From NCBI GenBank assembly GCA_049840735.1, contig JASGJN010000026.1, positions 288,001 through 352,000 on the forward strand: 64,000 nucleotides of DNA. Reading direction: 5' to 3'. Below, one piece after another: positions 20,352 through 33,600 of this stretch. The notes beneath the pieces are model-generated. The model ran no database searches. It was not told where the DNA came from and saw nothing but the letters and a program-made list of their open reading frames with translations. Within the stretch, counting starts at the first letter, position 1. Every line of letters starts with the position of its first letter. The translations under genes were made by a program, and so were the position numbers. This DNA comes from Anaeromyxobacter sp. Its GTDB lineage: Bacteria > Myxococcota > Myxococcia > Myxococcales > Anaeromyxobacteraceae.

Positions 20352-21730
20352 ATGCTCACCCGCCGCCACCTCCTCCAGGCCACCGCCGCAGGCGCCGCAG
20401 CGCTGACGCTGCCGCGCTGCGCGCCCGCCGACCGGATCATCGAGCCCGCCACGCCGCGCCCGGCCAGGCCCATCCTGGTGGTGGTCTTCCTAGACGGCGG
20501 CAACGACTGGCTCAACATGATGCCGCCCACGGTGGGGCAGGACCGCGCCGTGTACGAGCAGCGCCGGCCCACGCTCCGCATCGGCAGCCAGGGGCTGGTG
20601 GAGATCGGGCCCGGCTACGGCCTCAACAAGGACCTCACCGGCCTGAGCCTGCTCTCGGACCGCGGCCGCGTGGCCTGGGTCCCGGGCGTGGGGATGAACA
20701 ACCCCAACCTCTCCCACTTCGTCTCCGCCGACCTGTGGGGCCAGGGCTCGGCGCAGCCGGACGGCACCGGCTGGCTGGGGCGCTTCGCCGACCGCGCCTT
20801 CGACCCCGGCGGCGACGCGCTGCGCGGCGTGGCGGTCACCGGCGATCTCCCGGTGATGCTGCGCGGCCAGACCCGCGCCTTCGTGTCCATCGACGGGCCC
20901 AGCGGCTACGTCTACCCGTCGAAGCTGCAGGGCGGGAAGCTGGGCGGCCCATGGACGCCGCCGCGCTGGAGGCCGGCTTCGACGCCGCCGTGAACGCGCC
21001 CACCGCCGGCGCGCCGCCGGGCCAGGCCGCGGCGGCCCGCGTCGGCAAGGCCTTCCTGGACGCCACCCGCGCCTTCGGCGTGGAGGGCCGGCTGCCCTCG
21101 CGCACGCCCGCGGTGCCGTACCCGGGCGACCCCACCTACCCGCTGCGCCGGCTCGACGGCGGCCAGCTCGGCGGCGGGCTGGCCCGCCAGCTGAAGCTGG
21201 TGGCCCAGATGATCGCGGCCGGACTCGAGACGCAGGTCTTCTTCGCGCGCATCGGCGGCTGGGACACCCACGCCAACCAGGCCGTGGACCACGCCAACCT
21301 GATGCGGGCGCTGGGCGGCACGCTCTCCGCGTTCTACGACGACCTCGAGACCATCGGCACCGGCGAGGACAACGCCCAGCGGCGCACGCTGGTGCTGGCC
21401 TGGAGCGAGTTCGGCCGGCGCGTGCAGCAGAACCAGAACGGCACCGACCACGGGGCGGCCGGCCTCTCCTTCTGCATGGGGCGCGGCGTGAAGGGCGGCT
21501 TCTACGGCGCCTACCCGGACCTGGCCGCGCTGGACGGCAACGGCAACATGCACTTCACCGTCGACTTCCGCAGCGTCTACGCCAGCGTGCTGGAGCAGTG
21601 GCTGGGGCTGCCGGCCGCCTCCACCGACGCGCTGCTCTTGCAGGGGGCGGCCATCACGCCCTACCCGCGCCTGCCCTTCGTGCCGGAGGCGGGGGCGGGC
21701 GCGCTGCGGCGGCTGGTGGCGCGGCGGTAG
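20352..21730 (+). CDS. DUF1501 family Tat-exported protein, frameshift at ~20949
   Basis: MLTRRHLL, LDGGNDWLN, NLSHF, GGWDTHANQ, SEFGRR, GTDHG, VDFRSVY. Confidence 0.92.
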
Positions 21731-21738
21731 GATCCCTG

Positions 21739-22011
21739 CCCTTCGACTCCGCGCCGCTGACGCGGCGCTACGCTCAGGGCGAACGGACGCTCGAGCACCT
21801 TCGGCCTGAGCTCCACGGCAACTCCGCGCGAGCGGCTGTTGCAGCCCCGTTCGGCCTTCGACTCCGCGCCGCTGACGCGGCGCTACGCTCAGGGCGAACG
21901 GACGCTCGAGCACCTTCGGCCTGAGCTCCACGGCAACTCCGCGCGAGCGGCTGTTGCAGCCCCGTTCGGCCTGAGCGTAGCGAGCCCGCAGGGCTCGCGG
22001 AGTCGAAGGCC
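21739..22011. repeat. REP cluster: two reverse copies in a 115-bp tandem duplication plus one forward copy
   Basis: CTTCGACTCCGCGCCGCTGACGCGGCGCTACGCTCAGGGCGAACGG at 21741 and 21856; forward copy from 21961. Confidence 0.92.
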
Positions 22012-22017
22012 AGCGGT

Positions 22018-23940
<1,923 letters not shown>

Positions 23941-24049
23941 CCGGGGATCCCTAGCAGAAACCCTGCGGCGAAGCACGCCAGGGGTGCCTCCTGAGCGGCT
24001 CCCTCGAAGTGGCTCGAGCAGTCTGCGCAGCAGGCGGGGAGAAACGCCC

Positions 24050-25729
24050 CTACCCGCGAGCGCGGCGCAGCAGGCCGCGCACGCCGCCGGGCGTGCCCGC
24101 CAGCGCGAGCGCCAGGTAGACCACGCCGAACACCGCCACGATGGGCAGCGCGGCGAGGACGGGGTGCAGCCGCGGCGGCGGGAGGAAGCCGCCGCCCCAC
24201 TCGCCGGCCAGGCCGGGCATCTCCCCGCGCCAGCGCACCAGCGCCGCCTTCACCGCCAGTGCGGCAGCGCTGGCGGCCGCCGCCGAGGCCCAGAGCCGGA
24301 CCATGCGCCGGCCCGGCACGCCGGTGGGCCCGATGCGCCGCCCCAGCGCCCGCCGCAGCAGCGCGTACTCCACCCAGGCCGCCAGGCCGGTGGTGGCGGT
24401 GATGCCCACCAGCCCGACCTCCTGCGGCACCCCCAGCTGCGCCGGCATGCGGACCGCCGACCACCAGGCCAGGCCGGCGGTGAGCGCCAGCCGCGTCACC
24501 GCGAACCAGAGCGGGGTGCGGGTGTCCTTGAGCGCGTAGAAGGCCGAGGCGTAGAGCCGCCCCTTGGCCGCCGCCACAAGCCCCACCGCCGAGCCCATCA
24601 GCACCAGCCACAGGTAGCGGGTGTCGGCCGGCGACTGCCGCCCGGTCTGGAAGAGCGCGCCCGCCAGCACGTCGCCGATGGCCAGGAAGGCGGCCGCGGA
24701 GGGGACCACGAAGAGCGCCAGGCGCGAGAGGCCGGCGTCGAGGCGCCGGCGCAGCGCCTCGGCCACCGCCTCCGGCGTGCCGGTGGCGGCGCTCATGGCC
24801 GGCAGCTCGCTGGCGGAGATGGCCATGCCGAAGAGGCTGATGGGCAGGAGGTAGAGCACCTGCTGGTACCCGAGGATGGCCAGGCCGCGGGTCCCGACGT
24901 AGGAGGCGTAGATGGTGTCCACGAACGCCGAGAGCTGCACCACGCCGCGGCCGACCAGGGCCGGGCCGAAGTTGCGCAGCACGGTCCGCACCGAGGCGCG
25001 GGCCACCGAGAGCGTGGGGCGGAACCGGCCCAGCAGCGCGAAGACGCTGGGCAGCTGCACGCCCACCTGCAGCACCGCCCCGGCCACGTAGCCCCAGGCC
25101 ACCCACAGCCCCAGCCGCTCCTCCTCCAGCCGGCCGCCCAGCGCCACCAGCACCGCGATGACGGCCAGGTTGTTCACCACGGGTGCGGCATAGGAGAGGA
25201 AGAAGCGGCGGTGGCTGTTGAGGACCCCCAGGCACCAGGCCGAGAGCACCAGCGTGGCGGTGGAGGGGAAGAGGATGCGGACCAGCTGCACCGCCAGCGC
25301 CCGCTCCTGGCCGGAGAGGCCGGGGGTGATGGCGTCCACCAGCCAGGGCGCGCCCAGGATGCCGGCCACCACCAGCACCGCGGTGACCGCCGAGAGCAGC
25401 CCGGCCACCGCGCCGGCCACGCGGTCGGCCTCCTCCTCCTCGCCGCGCGCCAGCAGGTTGGCGTAGACCGGGATGAAGGAGGAGCTGAGGATCCCCTCGC
25501 CCAGCATGTTCTGGAGCAGGTTGGGGATGCGCAGCGCGGCGGAGAAGACGCCGGCCACCACGCCGCTGCCCAGCGCGTGGGCGAAGACCCGCTGGCGGAC
25601 CAGCCCCAAGAGCCGCGAGAGCAGGATGCCGGCGGCCACCAGGAAGGCGTGGCGGCTGCCGTGGTCGCGCGGGCGCGCCGGGCCGGCCGGCGTGGCGGCG
25701 GGGGAGGAGGGGGAGGGGGACGTGGTCAC
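24050..25729 (-). CDS. murJ: Lipid II flippase MurJ (MviN)
   Basis: [47 protein letters not shown]. Confidence 0.95.
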   Translation of the reverse strand: MTTSPSPSSPAATPAGPARPRDHGSRHAFLVAAGILLSRLLGLVRQRVFAHALGSGVVAGVFSAALRIPNLLQNMLGEGILSSSFIPVYANLLARGEEEEADRVAGAVAGLLSAVTAVLVVAGILGAPWLVDAITPGLSGQERALAVQLVRILFPSTATLVLSAWCLGVLNSHRRFFLSYAAPVVNNLAVIAVLVALGGRLEEERLGLWVAWGYVAGAVLQVGVQLPSVFALLGRFRPTLSVARASVRTVLRNFGPALVGRGVVQLSAFVDTIYASYVGTRGLAILGYQQVLYLLPISLFGMAISASELPAMSAATGTPEAVAEALRRRLDAGLSRLALFVVPSAAAFLAIGDVLAGALFQTGRQSPADTRYLWLVLMGSAVGLVAAAKGRLYASAFYALKDTRTPLWFAVTRLALTAGLAWWSAVRMPAQLGVPQEVGLVGITATTGLAAWVEYALLRRALGRRIGPTGVPGRRMVRLWASAAAASAAALAVKAALVRWRGEMPGLAGEWGGGFLPPPRLHPVLAALPIVAVFGVVYLALALAGTPGGVRGLLRRARG

Positions 25730-26131
25730 TGGAGGAGGATCACCCGCCGGCACGAGCGGCTTGGTGGCACGGATCGGCCCCTCGCGGCAAGAGCAACCCG
25801 GGGCGAGCCCCGGATCTTCCCGGCGCGCGGGCGGTCGCCCGGCGGGCCGCGCGCGCCCGCCGTGGCCGAGGTGCCTCACGCCTCCGCCTGCGGGCGCCGG
25901 CCAGGAGCGGCCCTGGATCCGGCGAGCGCCCTCCCAGTGAAGTCGCGGAGCCGATCGCCGGGCCTCGCGCGCCGGGTGACCGAGGCCGCGCGGTCCGACC
26001 CCGGATCGATGGACACGGCCGCGGGGTGGCGCCGCTCCTGCGCCGCGGCTCCAGGGCGCCGCGATCGAGTTCGCACGGACCCAGGGTGGATGCACCCCCG
26101 GCGCTCGGCCCTGGGTGCAGGTCGCGGCGGG

Positions 26132-26147
26132 CGGCACAGCCGGTGCA
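26132..26147 (+). promoter_or_regulatory. Sigma54-type promoter of the MCP gene
   Basis: CGGCAC-N5-GTGCA with GG-N10-GC spacing, 14 nt before the ATG. Confidence 0.5.
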
Positions 26148-26161
26148 CTGGCCGATGCTCC

Positions 26162-28690
26162 ATGAGCCTCGGCCTTCGCACCTCGACGCAGATCGGCCTC
26201 AGCCTGGCGCTGCCGTGCCTGCTCCTCCTGGGCGTCGCCGGGTACGGGTATGCCAACCTGCGCAAGCTGATCGTCCACGCGCGCGAGGTGAGCCGCACCG
26301 AGGAGGCCATCGCGCTGGGCGACCGGCTGGTGGCCACGGTGGTGGACCAGGAGACCGGGATGCGCGGGTACTTCGTGACCGGCGCGGAGGAGTACCTGGA
26401 GCCCTACGACCGCGGGAAGGAGGCCTTCGCGACGGCGCTGGCCGACGCCCGCGCGCACGTGGAGGGGGACCCGGAGCAGCTCGAGCGGCTGGACGCGATC
26501 GAGGGCCTGGCGAAGGACTTCGACCAGCAGATGGCGGCGCCGGCCATCGCCGGTGAGCGCAAGGCGCACGCGCAGGGCAAGACCACCGATCCGTTCGAGC
26601 GCGTGCTGCAGGCCGGGACCGGCAAGCGGATCATGGACGGGCTGCGCGCCCGGGTGAAGGCCTTCCGCGAGGCGGAGGAGGCGCGCCTGGCGGCGCGGCG
26701 CGAGGTGGCCGAGCGGCTGGTGCAGCGCGCGGCGCGCGAGGCCGCGGCGGTGGCGCTGGCGGCGGTGCTGCTCTCGGCGCTGGCCACCATGGCGCTGGCC
26801 CGCCGGGTGGGGCGCACCGTGCGCCGCCTGGACGGCGAGGCCCGCCGCCTGACCGCGGCGGTGGAGGCCGGGCAGCTGGAGGTCCGGGCCGAGCCCGGGC
26901 TGGTGCCGGCCGAGTTCGCCGGCGTGCTGGGCGGGATGAACCGGACCATGGACGCCTACGTGCGCCCGCTGGCGGTCACCACCGACTACGCCTCGCGCCT
27001 GGCCGCGGGCGACCTGCCGCCGCCCATCGCGGAGCGGTTCGAGGGCGACTTCGAGCGGCTGCGCGAGAGCATCAACCGGCTGGTGGAGATCGAGCACGCC
27101 CGCGCCGCCGACCTGGAGGGGCTGGTGGCCGCGGCGCTGGAGGGGCGGCTCGACCACCGCGCCGACCCGGCGCGCTACGCCGGCGAGCACGCCAAGGTGA
27201 TCGACGGCGTGAACCGCGTGCTGGACGCGCTGGTGGCGCCGGTGCAGGCCGCGGCCGAGGCGGTGGCCCGCATCGCCCGGGGCGAGATCCCGGCGCCCAT
27301 CGCGGCCGGCTACCGCGGCGAGTTCGGCGTGCTGGAGCGGAACGTCAACACCTGCATCGCCTCGGTGGGCCGGCTGGTGCGGGACGCCGACGCGCTGGCC
27401 GCGGCGGCGGTGCGGGGCGAGCTCTCGGCTCGCGCCGACGCGTCCGCGCACGCCGGCGACTTCCGCCGCATCGTGGACGGCTTCAACGCCACCCTGGACG
27501 CGGTGCTGGGGCCGGTGGAGCGCGCCGCCGCCCACGTGGCCTCCCTGGCGGCCGGCGGGATCCCGCCGCCGCTGGGCGCGGGCGAGGGCTGGCCAGGGGA
27601 CTTCGCCCGGCTGCGGGCCAGCCTGGACGGCTGCGCCGAGGCGGTGCGCCGGCTGGTGGCCGACACCGACGGCCTGGTGGGCGCGGCCCTAGCCGGCCAG
27701 CTCGCCACCCGCGCCGACGCCGCCGCGCACGCCGGCGACTTCCGCCGCATCGTGGAGGGCGTGAACCGCACGCTGGACGCGCTGCTGGCGCCGGTGGGCG
27801 AGGCCACCCGCGCGCTGGAGGCGCTGGCGCGGCGCGACCTGCGGGCCCGCGTGGCCGGCGAGCTGCCCGGCGATCACGCGCGCATGAAGCGGGTGGTGAA
27901 CGCCACCGCCGAGGCGCTGCACGAGGCGCTGGTGCAGGTGGCGGGCGCGGCCGAGCAGGTCTCGGGGGCCGCGGCGCAGATCTCCGGCTCCTCGCAGGCG
28001 GTGGCCGCGGGCGCCTCGCAGCAGGCCTCGGCGCTGGAGCGGACCACCCGGTCGATCGCCGAGGTGGCCGGGAGCGCGCGCGGCGCGGCCGCCGAGGCGG
28101 CCCGGGCCCACGCGCTGGTGGGGACGGCGCAGGCCGCCGCCGGGCAGGGCGCGGCCGCGGCGGCGGGGCTGGGCGAGGTCATGACCCGCATCCGCGCCTC
28201 GGCCGAGGGGACCAGCGCCATCATCCGGGACGTCTCGGACATCGCCTTCCAGACCAACCTGCTGGCGCTCAACGCCGCCGTGGAGGCGGCGCGGGCCGGC
28301 GAGGCCGGCCGCGGCTTCGCGGTGGTGGCCGAGGAGGTCCGCTCGCTGGCCCTGCGCGCCAAGGAGGCCGCCTCCCGCACCGAGGCGCTGATCCGCCAGT
28401 CGGTGAAGCAGGCCGGGGAGGGCGAGGCCGCGGCGCGGCTGGTGGCCGGCAAGCTGGCCGAGATCGGCCAGGGCGTGGCCAGCGCGGCCGAGGTGGTGGG
28501 CGGGATCGCCAGCTCGGCGCGCCAGCAGGCGGCCGGGATCGCCCAGGTGGACGCCGCCACCGCCGACGTGGACCGCGTCACCCAGCAGAACGCGGCCAGC
28601 GCGCAGGAGTCCTCCTCGGCCGCGGCCGAGCTCTCGCAGCAGGCCGAGCGGCTGGCCGCGCTCATCGCGACCTTCGAGCTGGAGCGCTAG
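26162..28690 (+). CDS. Methyl-accepting chemotaxis protein (CHASE3 sensor, poly-HAMP)
   Basis: [14 protein letters not shown]; repeated GDFRRIVxGxNx[38 protein letters not shown]. Confidence 0.95.
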   Translation: MSLGLRTSTQIGLSLALPCLLLLGVAGYGYANLRKLIVHAREVSRTEEAIALGDRLVATVVDQETGMRGYFVTGAEEYLEPYDRGKEAFATALADARAHVEGDPEQLERLDAIEGLAKDFDQQMAAPAIAGERKAHAQGKTTDPFERVLQAGTGKRIMDGLRARVKAFREAEEARLAARREVAERLVQRAAREAAAVALAAVLLSALATMALARRVGRTVRRLDGEARRLTAAVEAGQLEVRAEPGLVPAEFAGVLGGMNRTMDAYVRPLAVTTDYASRLAAGDLPPPIAERFEGDFERLRESINRLVEIEHARAADLEGLVAAALEGRLDHRADPARYAGEHAKVIDGVNRVLDALVAPVQAAAEAVARIARGEIPAPIAAGYRGEFGVLERNVNTCIASVGRLVRDADALAAAAVRGELSARADASAHAGDFRRIVDGFNATLDAVLGPVERAAAHVASLAAGGIPPPLGAGEGWPGDFARLRASLDGCAEAVRRLVADTDGLVGAALAGQLATRADAAAHAGDFRRIVEGVNRTLDALLAPVGEATRALEALARRDLRARVAGELPGDHARMKRVVNATAEALHEALVQVAGAAEQVSGAAAQISGSSQAVAAGASQQASALERTTRSIAEVAGSARGAAAEAARAHALVGTAQAAAGQGAAAAAGLGEVMTRIRASAEGTSAIIRDVSDIAFQTNLLALNAAVEAARAGEAGRGFAVVAEEVRSLALRAKEAASRTEALIRQSVKQAGEGEAAARLVAGKLAEIGQGVASAAEVVGGIASSARQQAAGIAQVDAATADVDRVTQQNAASAQESSSAAAELSQQAERLAALIATFELER

Positions 28691-28742
28691 CGCGCCCCTC
28701 CCGGGCCACGCGCGCGGCGCGCCGCGCGGGCAGACTCGGGGG

Positions 28743-29696
28743 ATGCGCGCCATCGTGCTGTCCCGCTTCGGCGGCCCCGAGGTCCTCGAGCTGCAGGAGC
28801 TCCCCACCCCCGCGCCCGGCCCGGGCGACCTGCTGGTCCGCGTCCACGCCTCCGGCACCAACCCGGTGGACGCCAAGATCCGCGCCGCCGGCGGCTGGGC
28901 CGGGCTGCCCCTGCCCTGCGTGATCGGCTACGACGCCAGCGGCGTGGTGGAGGCGGTGGGACTGGGGGTGAAGGACTTCAAGCCCGGCGACGAGGTCTTC
29001 TACACGCCGGAGATCTTCGGCAATCCGAACGGCACCTACGCCGAGCTGGCGCTGGTCCCGGCCGCCATCGCCGGGAGGAAGCCGGCCCGCCTCTCCCACG
29101 CGCAGGCCGCGGCCATCCCGCTGGCCGGCGGCACCGCCTACGAGGCGCTGGTGCGCCGGCTGCGCGTCCGGGTGGGCGAGACGGTGCTCGTCCTGGGCGG
29201 CGCCGGCGGGGTGGGCACCTTCGCCATCCAGATCGCCAAGGCCGCCGGGGCCCGTGTCATCGCCACCGCCGGCCCGGAGAACCAGGAGACGCTGCGGGCG
29301 CTGGGCGCCGACGTCTGCCTCGACTACCGCAAGGACGACGTGGTCAAGGCGGCGCTGGCCGAGACCCGCGGGCAGGGCGCCGACGCCACCTTCTCCACCG
29401 TGGGCGGGCCGGGGCTGATGCAGGCCTTCGGGGCCACCCGCCCGTTCGGCCGGGTGGCCACCATCCTGGGCGCGCAAGGGGACGTGACGCCGCTCTACCT
29501 GCGCAACCAGGAGCTGCACGGCGTCTTCCTCCACCGCGAGGGGGCCCGCCTGCGCGAGCTGGCGGCGCTGGTGGAGCAGGGGAAGCTGGAGCCGGTGGTC
29601 GACGCCGTGCTGCCGCTGGAGCGCGCGCCCGAGGCCCACCGCCGGCTCGACACCGGCCACGGGCGCGGCAAGGTCGTGCTGCAGCTGGTCGAGTAG
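28743..29696 (+). CDS. NADPH:quinone oxidoreductase-like MDR family protein
   Basis: FGGPEVL, NPVDAK, GYDASG, GGAGGVG, GKVVL. Confidence 0.92.
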   Translation: MRAIVLSRFGGPEVLELQELPTPAPGPGDLLVRVHASGTNPVDAKIRAAGGWAGLPLPCVIGYDASGVVEAVGLGVKDFKPGDEVFYTPEIFGNPNGTYAELALVPAAIAGRKPARLSHAQAAAIPLAGGTAYEALVRRLRVRVGETVLVLGGAGGVGTFAIQIAKAAGARVIATAGPENQETLRALGADVCLDYRKDDVVKAALAETRGQGADATFSTVGGPGLMQAFGATRPFGRVATILGAQGDVTPLYLRNQELHGVFLHREGARLRELAALVEQGKLEPVVDAVLPLERAPEAHRRLDTGHGRGKVVLQLVE

Positions 29697-29764
29697 TCGC
29701 TCGCCCCAGCTCCGCTCGTGGTCGGGCCCGTCGAACCGGGAGCCGGTGCACGGCGCCGCGTGGC

Positions 29765-29891
29765 AGGATGGCGGCGGAAGCCCGGACCCGTTCGGCCTGA
29801 GCGTAGCCGCCGGAGGCGGCGGATGGGATGGCGGCGGAAGCCCGGACCCGTTCGGCCTGAGCGTAGCCGCCGGAGGCGGCGGAGTCGAAGG
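29765..29891 (+). repeat. Two tandem REP copies (60-bp period)
   Basis: CCGTTCGGCCTGAGCGTAGCCGCCGGAGGCGGC twice, then GGAGTCGAAGG. Confidence 0.9.
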
Positions 29892-29907
29892 CCAGGGAGT
29901 CGACCAC

Positions 29908-30636
29908 GTGCCCCAGGAGCGCTGGAAGGCCGCCATCTTCACGCCGCTGCAGGTCGCGGCCACGCTGCTGCTCTTCGCGGAGGTCATCCTGGTGCTGGGC
30001 CTGGCGGCCGCGCCGGGCGTGGCGGCGGTCGAGTGGGCCGCCGGCCGCTTCCCCTCGCCCGGGCCGGCGCGGGCGGTGGCGCTGGGCGTGGCCGGGGCGG
30101 CCGGCTACTTCGCCTTCGGGCTGGTCCAGCTCTTCCTCCTGCCCCTGCTGCGCTGGCTCACCTTCGCGGTGGGCACGCCGGTGGGGCGCTTCCCGTACCT
30201 CTCGTTCGGCGCCTGGCGCTGGGCCAGCTACAACGCGCTCACGCTGGTGTTCCGCTTCAGCTTCGTGAACTGGGTCCGGGTCACGCCGCTCCTGCCGCTC
30301 TTCCACCGGCTCATGGGCGCGCGCATTGGCCGGCGGGTGCAGATCAACACCGCCGTGGTGGCCGACCAGAACCTGCTGGAGATCGGCGACGACTCGGTGA
30401 TCGGCGGGGACGTGACGCTGGTCTGCCACTCGGCCGAGCGCGGCCGGCTGGTCACCGCGCCGGTCCGGATCGGCCGCAACGTGACGGTGGGGCTGATGGC
30501 GGTGATCCTGCCCGGCTGCGAGATCGGCGACGGGGCGGTGATCGCGGCCGGGGCGGTCCTCTCCAAGCACGCCCGGGTCGGCCCGGGCGAGACCTGGGCC
30601 GGCGTCCCGGCGCGGCGGGTGGGGCGGCGGGAGTGA
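29908..30636 (+). CDS. Membrane-anchored hexapeptide-repeat acyltransferase
   Basis: TM helices then RLMGARIG, IGDDSVIG, PVRIGRNVTVG, WAGVPA; SD AGGGAG. Confidence 0.85.
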   Translation: MPQERWKAAIFTPLQVAATLLLFAEVILVLGLAAAPGVAAVEWAAGRFPSPGPARAVALGVAGAAGYFAFGLVQLFLLPLLRWLTFAVGTPVGRFPYLSFGAWRWASYNALTLVFRFSFVNWVRVTPLLPLFHRLMGARIGRRVQINTAVVADQNLLEIGDDSVIGGDVTLVCHSAERGRLVTAPVRIGRNVTVGLMAVILPGCEIGDGAVIAAGAVLSKHARVGPGETWAGVPARRVGRRE

Positions 30637-30658
30637 GCGCTCCCGTCGCCGGCTCCGC

Positions 30659-31237
30659 TCAGCCGTCGCAGCTCAGCGACGGGTTCCACTGGGCGAACAT
30701 GCCCGACGGGTTGGGCGCCCAGATCCAGACGTGCTGGTCGTAGTGCCAGGGCATCATCGGGTTGTGCCCGGCCATGGGGCCGTTGAAGGGGAAGCCCGGG
30801 AACAGCGTCGGCGCGGGCGGCGGGTCGGCCGGCGGGCAGCTGTTGTCGTTCGCGCCGCAGCCCCAGTACGGCCCCTGCGCGGTGACGATGGGCTGGACGT
30901 ACTCGACGGCCACCAGCTTGAGGCCGCCCTCCCAGGGAACGTACAGCAGCACCTCCGGCTGCAGCGGGTCCAGCGCCAGGTCGAGGCGGGACGGGTTCAC
31001 GTAGTGGATGCCCATCACGCCGGCGGGCGACTGCTCGCAGTCGCTGGCGGGCACGTAGCCGTCCGCCAGCGCGGCGGCCACGTCGTGGTAGCGCGCCGTC
31101 ACCCGGCGCACCTGCGCGAGCTGCGCGTTCAACCCCGCCGACAGGGCGGCGGCGTCCGGCGCCTGCCCGGCCTCCGTCCCGCCGCACCCGATGCACACGC
31201 CCGCCGCCAGCGCCGCGAGCAGCCTCGCACGACCCAT
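30659..31237 (-). CDS. Hypothetical lipoprotein
   Basis: Lipobox-like IGC; TARYHDVAAALADGY, MGIHYVN, PEVLLY, HVWIWAPNPSGMF; SD GGAGG. Confidence 0.8.
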   Translation of the reverse strand: MGRARLLAALAAGVCIGCGGTEAGQAPDAAALSAGLNAQLAQVRRVTARYHDVAAALADGYVPASDCEQSPAGVMGIHYVNPSRLDLALDPLQPEVLLYVPWEGGLKLVAVEYVQPIVTAQGPYWGCGANDNSCPPADPPPAPTLFPGFPFNGPMAGHNPMMPWHYDQHVWIWAPNPSGMFAQWNPSLSCDG

Positions 31238-31422
31238 GGTCCACCTCCGGGAAAGTGGGTGATGGAGTCATCACCGGCGCAGCTGCGAGCCAGTCCCCGG
31301 AGCGCGCAAGCATCCGCTTTCCGGGCGCGCAGGCGGGTGCAGCGGCCGCCCCGCCCCGCGCGTGTGGCGACGGCGCGCGATCGCGGTTGCCCAGCCTCGC
31401 CGAAAGTGGAACCGTCCGTTCC

Positions 31423-32703
31423 ATGGCCCACGCCCACACCCGCTCCGCGTACGACCGGCTCACCGAGCGGCTCAACCGCTTCCCGCAGGGCGCGCCGCCC
31501 TCGCGCCACCTCTTCGAGATCCTGAAGATGCTCTTCAGCGAGCGCGAGGCGGAGCTGGTCTCGGTGCTGCCCATCAAGCCGTTCCGGGCCGAGAAGGCGG
31601 CGCAGATCTGGAAGACCAGCCTGGACGAGGCGCGCCAGGTGCTGGACGCGCTGGCCTCGCGGGCCCTGCTGGTGGACGTGCAGACGCCGGAGGGGATGGA
31701 GTACGTGCTCCCGCCGCCCATGGCCGGCTTCTTCGAGTTCTCGATGATGCGGGTCCGCCAGGACATCGACCAGAAGGCGCTGGCCGAGCTCTTCTACCAG
31801 TACCTGAACGTGGAGGAGGACTTCGTCCGCGCCCTCTTCGCCGGCGGCACCACGCAGCTGGGGCGCACCTTCGTCTCCGAGCCGGCGCTCTCGGAGGACA
31901 ACGCGCTGTACGTGCTGGACTACGAGCGGGCCAGCGAGGTGGTGAAGACCGCCAGCGTGCGCGGCGTGAGCATGTGCTACTGCCGCCACAAGATGGAGCA
32001 CCTGGGCAAGGCCTGCGGCGCGCCCATGGACATCTGCATGACGTTCAACGCCTCGGCCGAGTCGCTGGTCCGCCACGGCCACGCGCGCGAGGTGGACGTG
32101 GCGGAGGGCCTGGACCTGCTGGCCCAGGCACGCGACCACGGGCTGGTGCAGTTCGGCGAGAACGTGCGGCAGGGCGTGAACTTCATCTGCAACTGCTGCG
32201 GCTGCTGCTGCGAGGCCATGATCGCCGCCCGCCGCTTCGCCTCGGCCCACCCCATCCACACCACGCCCTTCCTGCCGGTGGTGGAGGAGGGGCGGTGCAA
32301 CGGCTGCGAGAGGTGCGTCCGCGCCTGCCCGGTGGAGGCCATGGCGGCGGTCTCGGCCAACGATCCGAGGAAGCCGAAGCGCAGCCTGGCCCGGCTCGAC
32401 GCGGAGCGCTGCCTGGGCTGCGGCGTCTGCGTGCGGGCCTGCAGCCAGGGCGCGCTCACGCTGGAGGCGCGGGAGAAGCGCGAGCTGACGCCGCTCGACG
32501 GCGCGCACCGCGCGGTGCTGATGGCGCTGGAGCGCGGCAAGCTGCAGGACCTCATCTTCGACAACCGGCTGCTGGCCAGCCACCGGCTGCTGGCGGCCTT
32601 CCTGGGCGCGGTGCTGAAGCTGCCGCCGGCCCAGCGGCTGATGGCCACCGAGCAGGTCCGCTCGCGCTACCTCGAGGCGCTGATCCGGCGGTTCGCGGCG
32701 TGA
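31423..32703 (+). CDS. 4Fe-4S dicluster protein
   Basis: CYCR, ICNCCGCCC, two CxxCxxCxxxC motifs. Confidence 0.9.
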   Translation: MAHAHTRSAYDRLTERLNRFPQGAPPSRHLFEILKMLFSEREAELVSVLPIKPFRAEKAAQIWKTSLDEARQVLDALASRALLVDVQTPEGMEYVLPPPMAGFFEFSMMRVRQDIDQKALAELFYQYLNVEEDFVRALFAGGTTQLGRTFVSEPALSEDNALYVLDYERASEVVKTASVRGVSMCYCRHKMEHLGKACGAPMDICMTFNASAESLVRHGHAREVDVAEGLDLLAQARDHGLVQFGENVRQGVNFICNCCGCCCEAMIAARRFASAHPIHTTPFLPVVEEGRCNGCERCVRACPVEAMAAVSANDPRKPKRSLARLDAERCLGCGVCVRACSQGALTLEAREKRELTPLDGAHRAVLMALERGKLQDLIFDNRLLASHRLLAAFLGAVLKLPPAQRLMATEQVRSRYLEALIRRFAA

Positions 32704-33400
32704 GCCCCGCGCGCGGGGCCGGTCGCCCTGGTTCACCGAGGGGCTGTTCGTGTTCCTGGAGGAGCTGCGGCTCCACAACGACCGCGACTGGTTCGAGCGC
32801 CACCGGGAGCGGTACCTGCGCGACGTGCGCAATCCCATGCTCCGCTTCATCGGCGACGTGGGGCCGGTGCTGGCCCGGCTGGCGCCGCGGCTGGTGGCCG
32901 ATCCGCGCCCGGTGGGCGGGTCGCTCTTCCGCATCCACCGGGACACGCGCTTCGCCGCGGACAAGACGCCCTACAAGACCAACGCCGCCGCCAGCTTCCG
33001 GCACCAGGCCGGGCGCGACGTCCACGGCCCGGGGCTCTACGTCTCGCTGGCGCCGGGCGAGGTGGAGGTGGGCGGCGGGGTGTGGCACCCGGAGGCCGAG
33101 CCGCTGCAGCTCATCCGCCGCTCCCTGGTGGACCGGACCGCGGCCTGGCGCAGGGCGCTGGCCGCGCCGGGGCTGGACCGGCTGAGCTGGTGGGGCGAGG
33201 AGCTGAAGCGCACCCCGCGCGGCTTCCCCGAGGACCACCCGCTCGACGCCATGCTGCGCCGCAAGGACTTCGCCGCCGGCCTGGAGCTGACCGAGCGCGA
33301 CGCGCTGCGTCCGGACCTCCTGGACCGCTGCGTCGAGGCCTGGCGCCCGCTGGGGCCGGCGCTCAAGCTGATGGCAGGCGCGGTGGGCCTGCCCTGGTGA
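32700..33400 (+). CDS. DUF2461 family protein; probable frameshift near 32705
   Basis: FLEELRLHNDRDWF, FRIHRDTRF..DKTPYK; a GTG overlapping the upstream stop joins the frame if one C is added. Confidence 0.85.
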
Positions 33401-33474
33401 GGGGCGCGCTCCGCAGGCATCGGGCCTCGGACCTCAGGCCACAGGTGAGACGTCCAGCAGCGAAGAGGCCTCAC

Positions 33475-33525
33475 CCCGAAGCCCGAGGCCTGAAGCCTGA
33501 GGCCTGAGGCCTGAGTCCGAAGCCC
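33475..33525. repeat. Degenerate heptamer tandem repeat (CCTGA(A/G)G-like)
   Basis: CCCGAAG CCCGAGG CCTGAAG CCTGAGG CCTGAGG CCTGAGT; reverse-oriented units near 33420. Confidence 0.6.
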
Positions 33526-33600
33526 TGGTGCCCCGCCTGGATGTTGCCACTCCCACCCGCCCGCCGTGTCATCCTCGTGATGCCCAGCCCGGAGAAGCAC

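Noticed and set aside
29746..29907. Repetitive N-terminal extension of the acyltransferase
   Set aside because: Read-through of tandem REP copies; an SD supports GTG 29908
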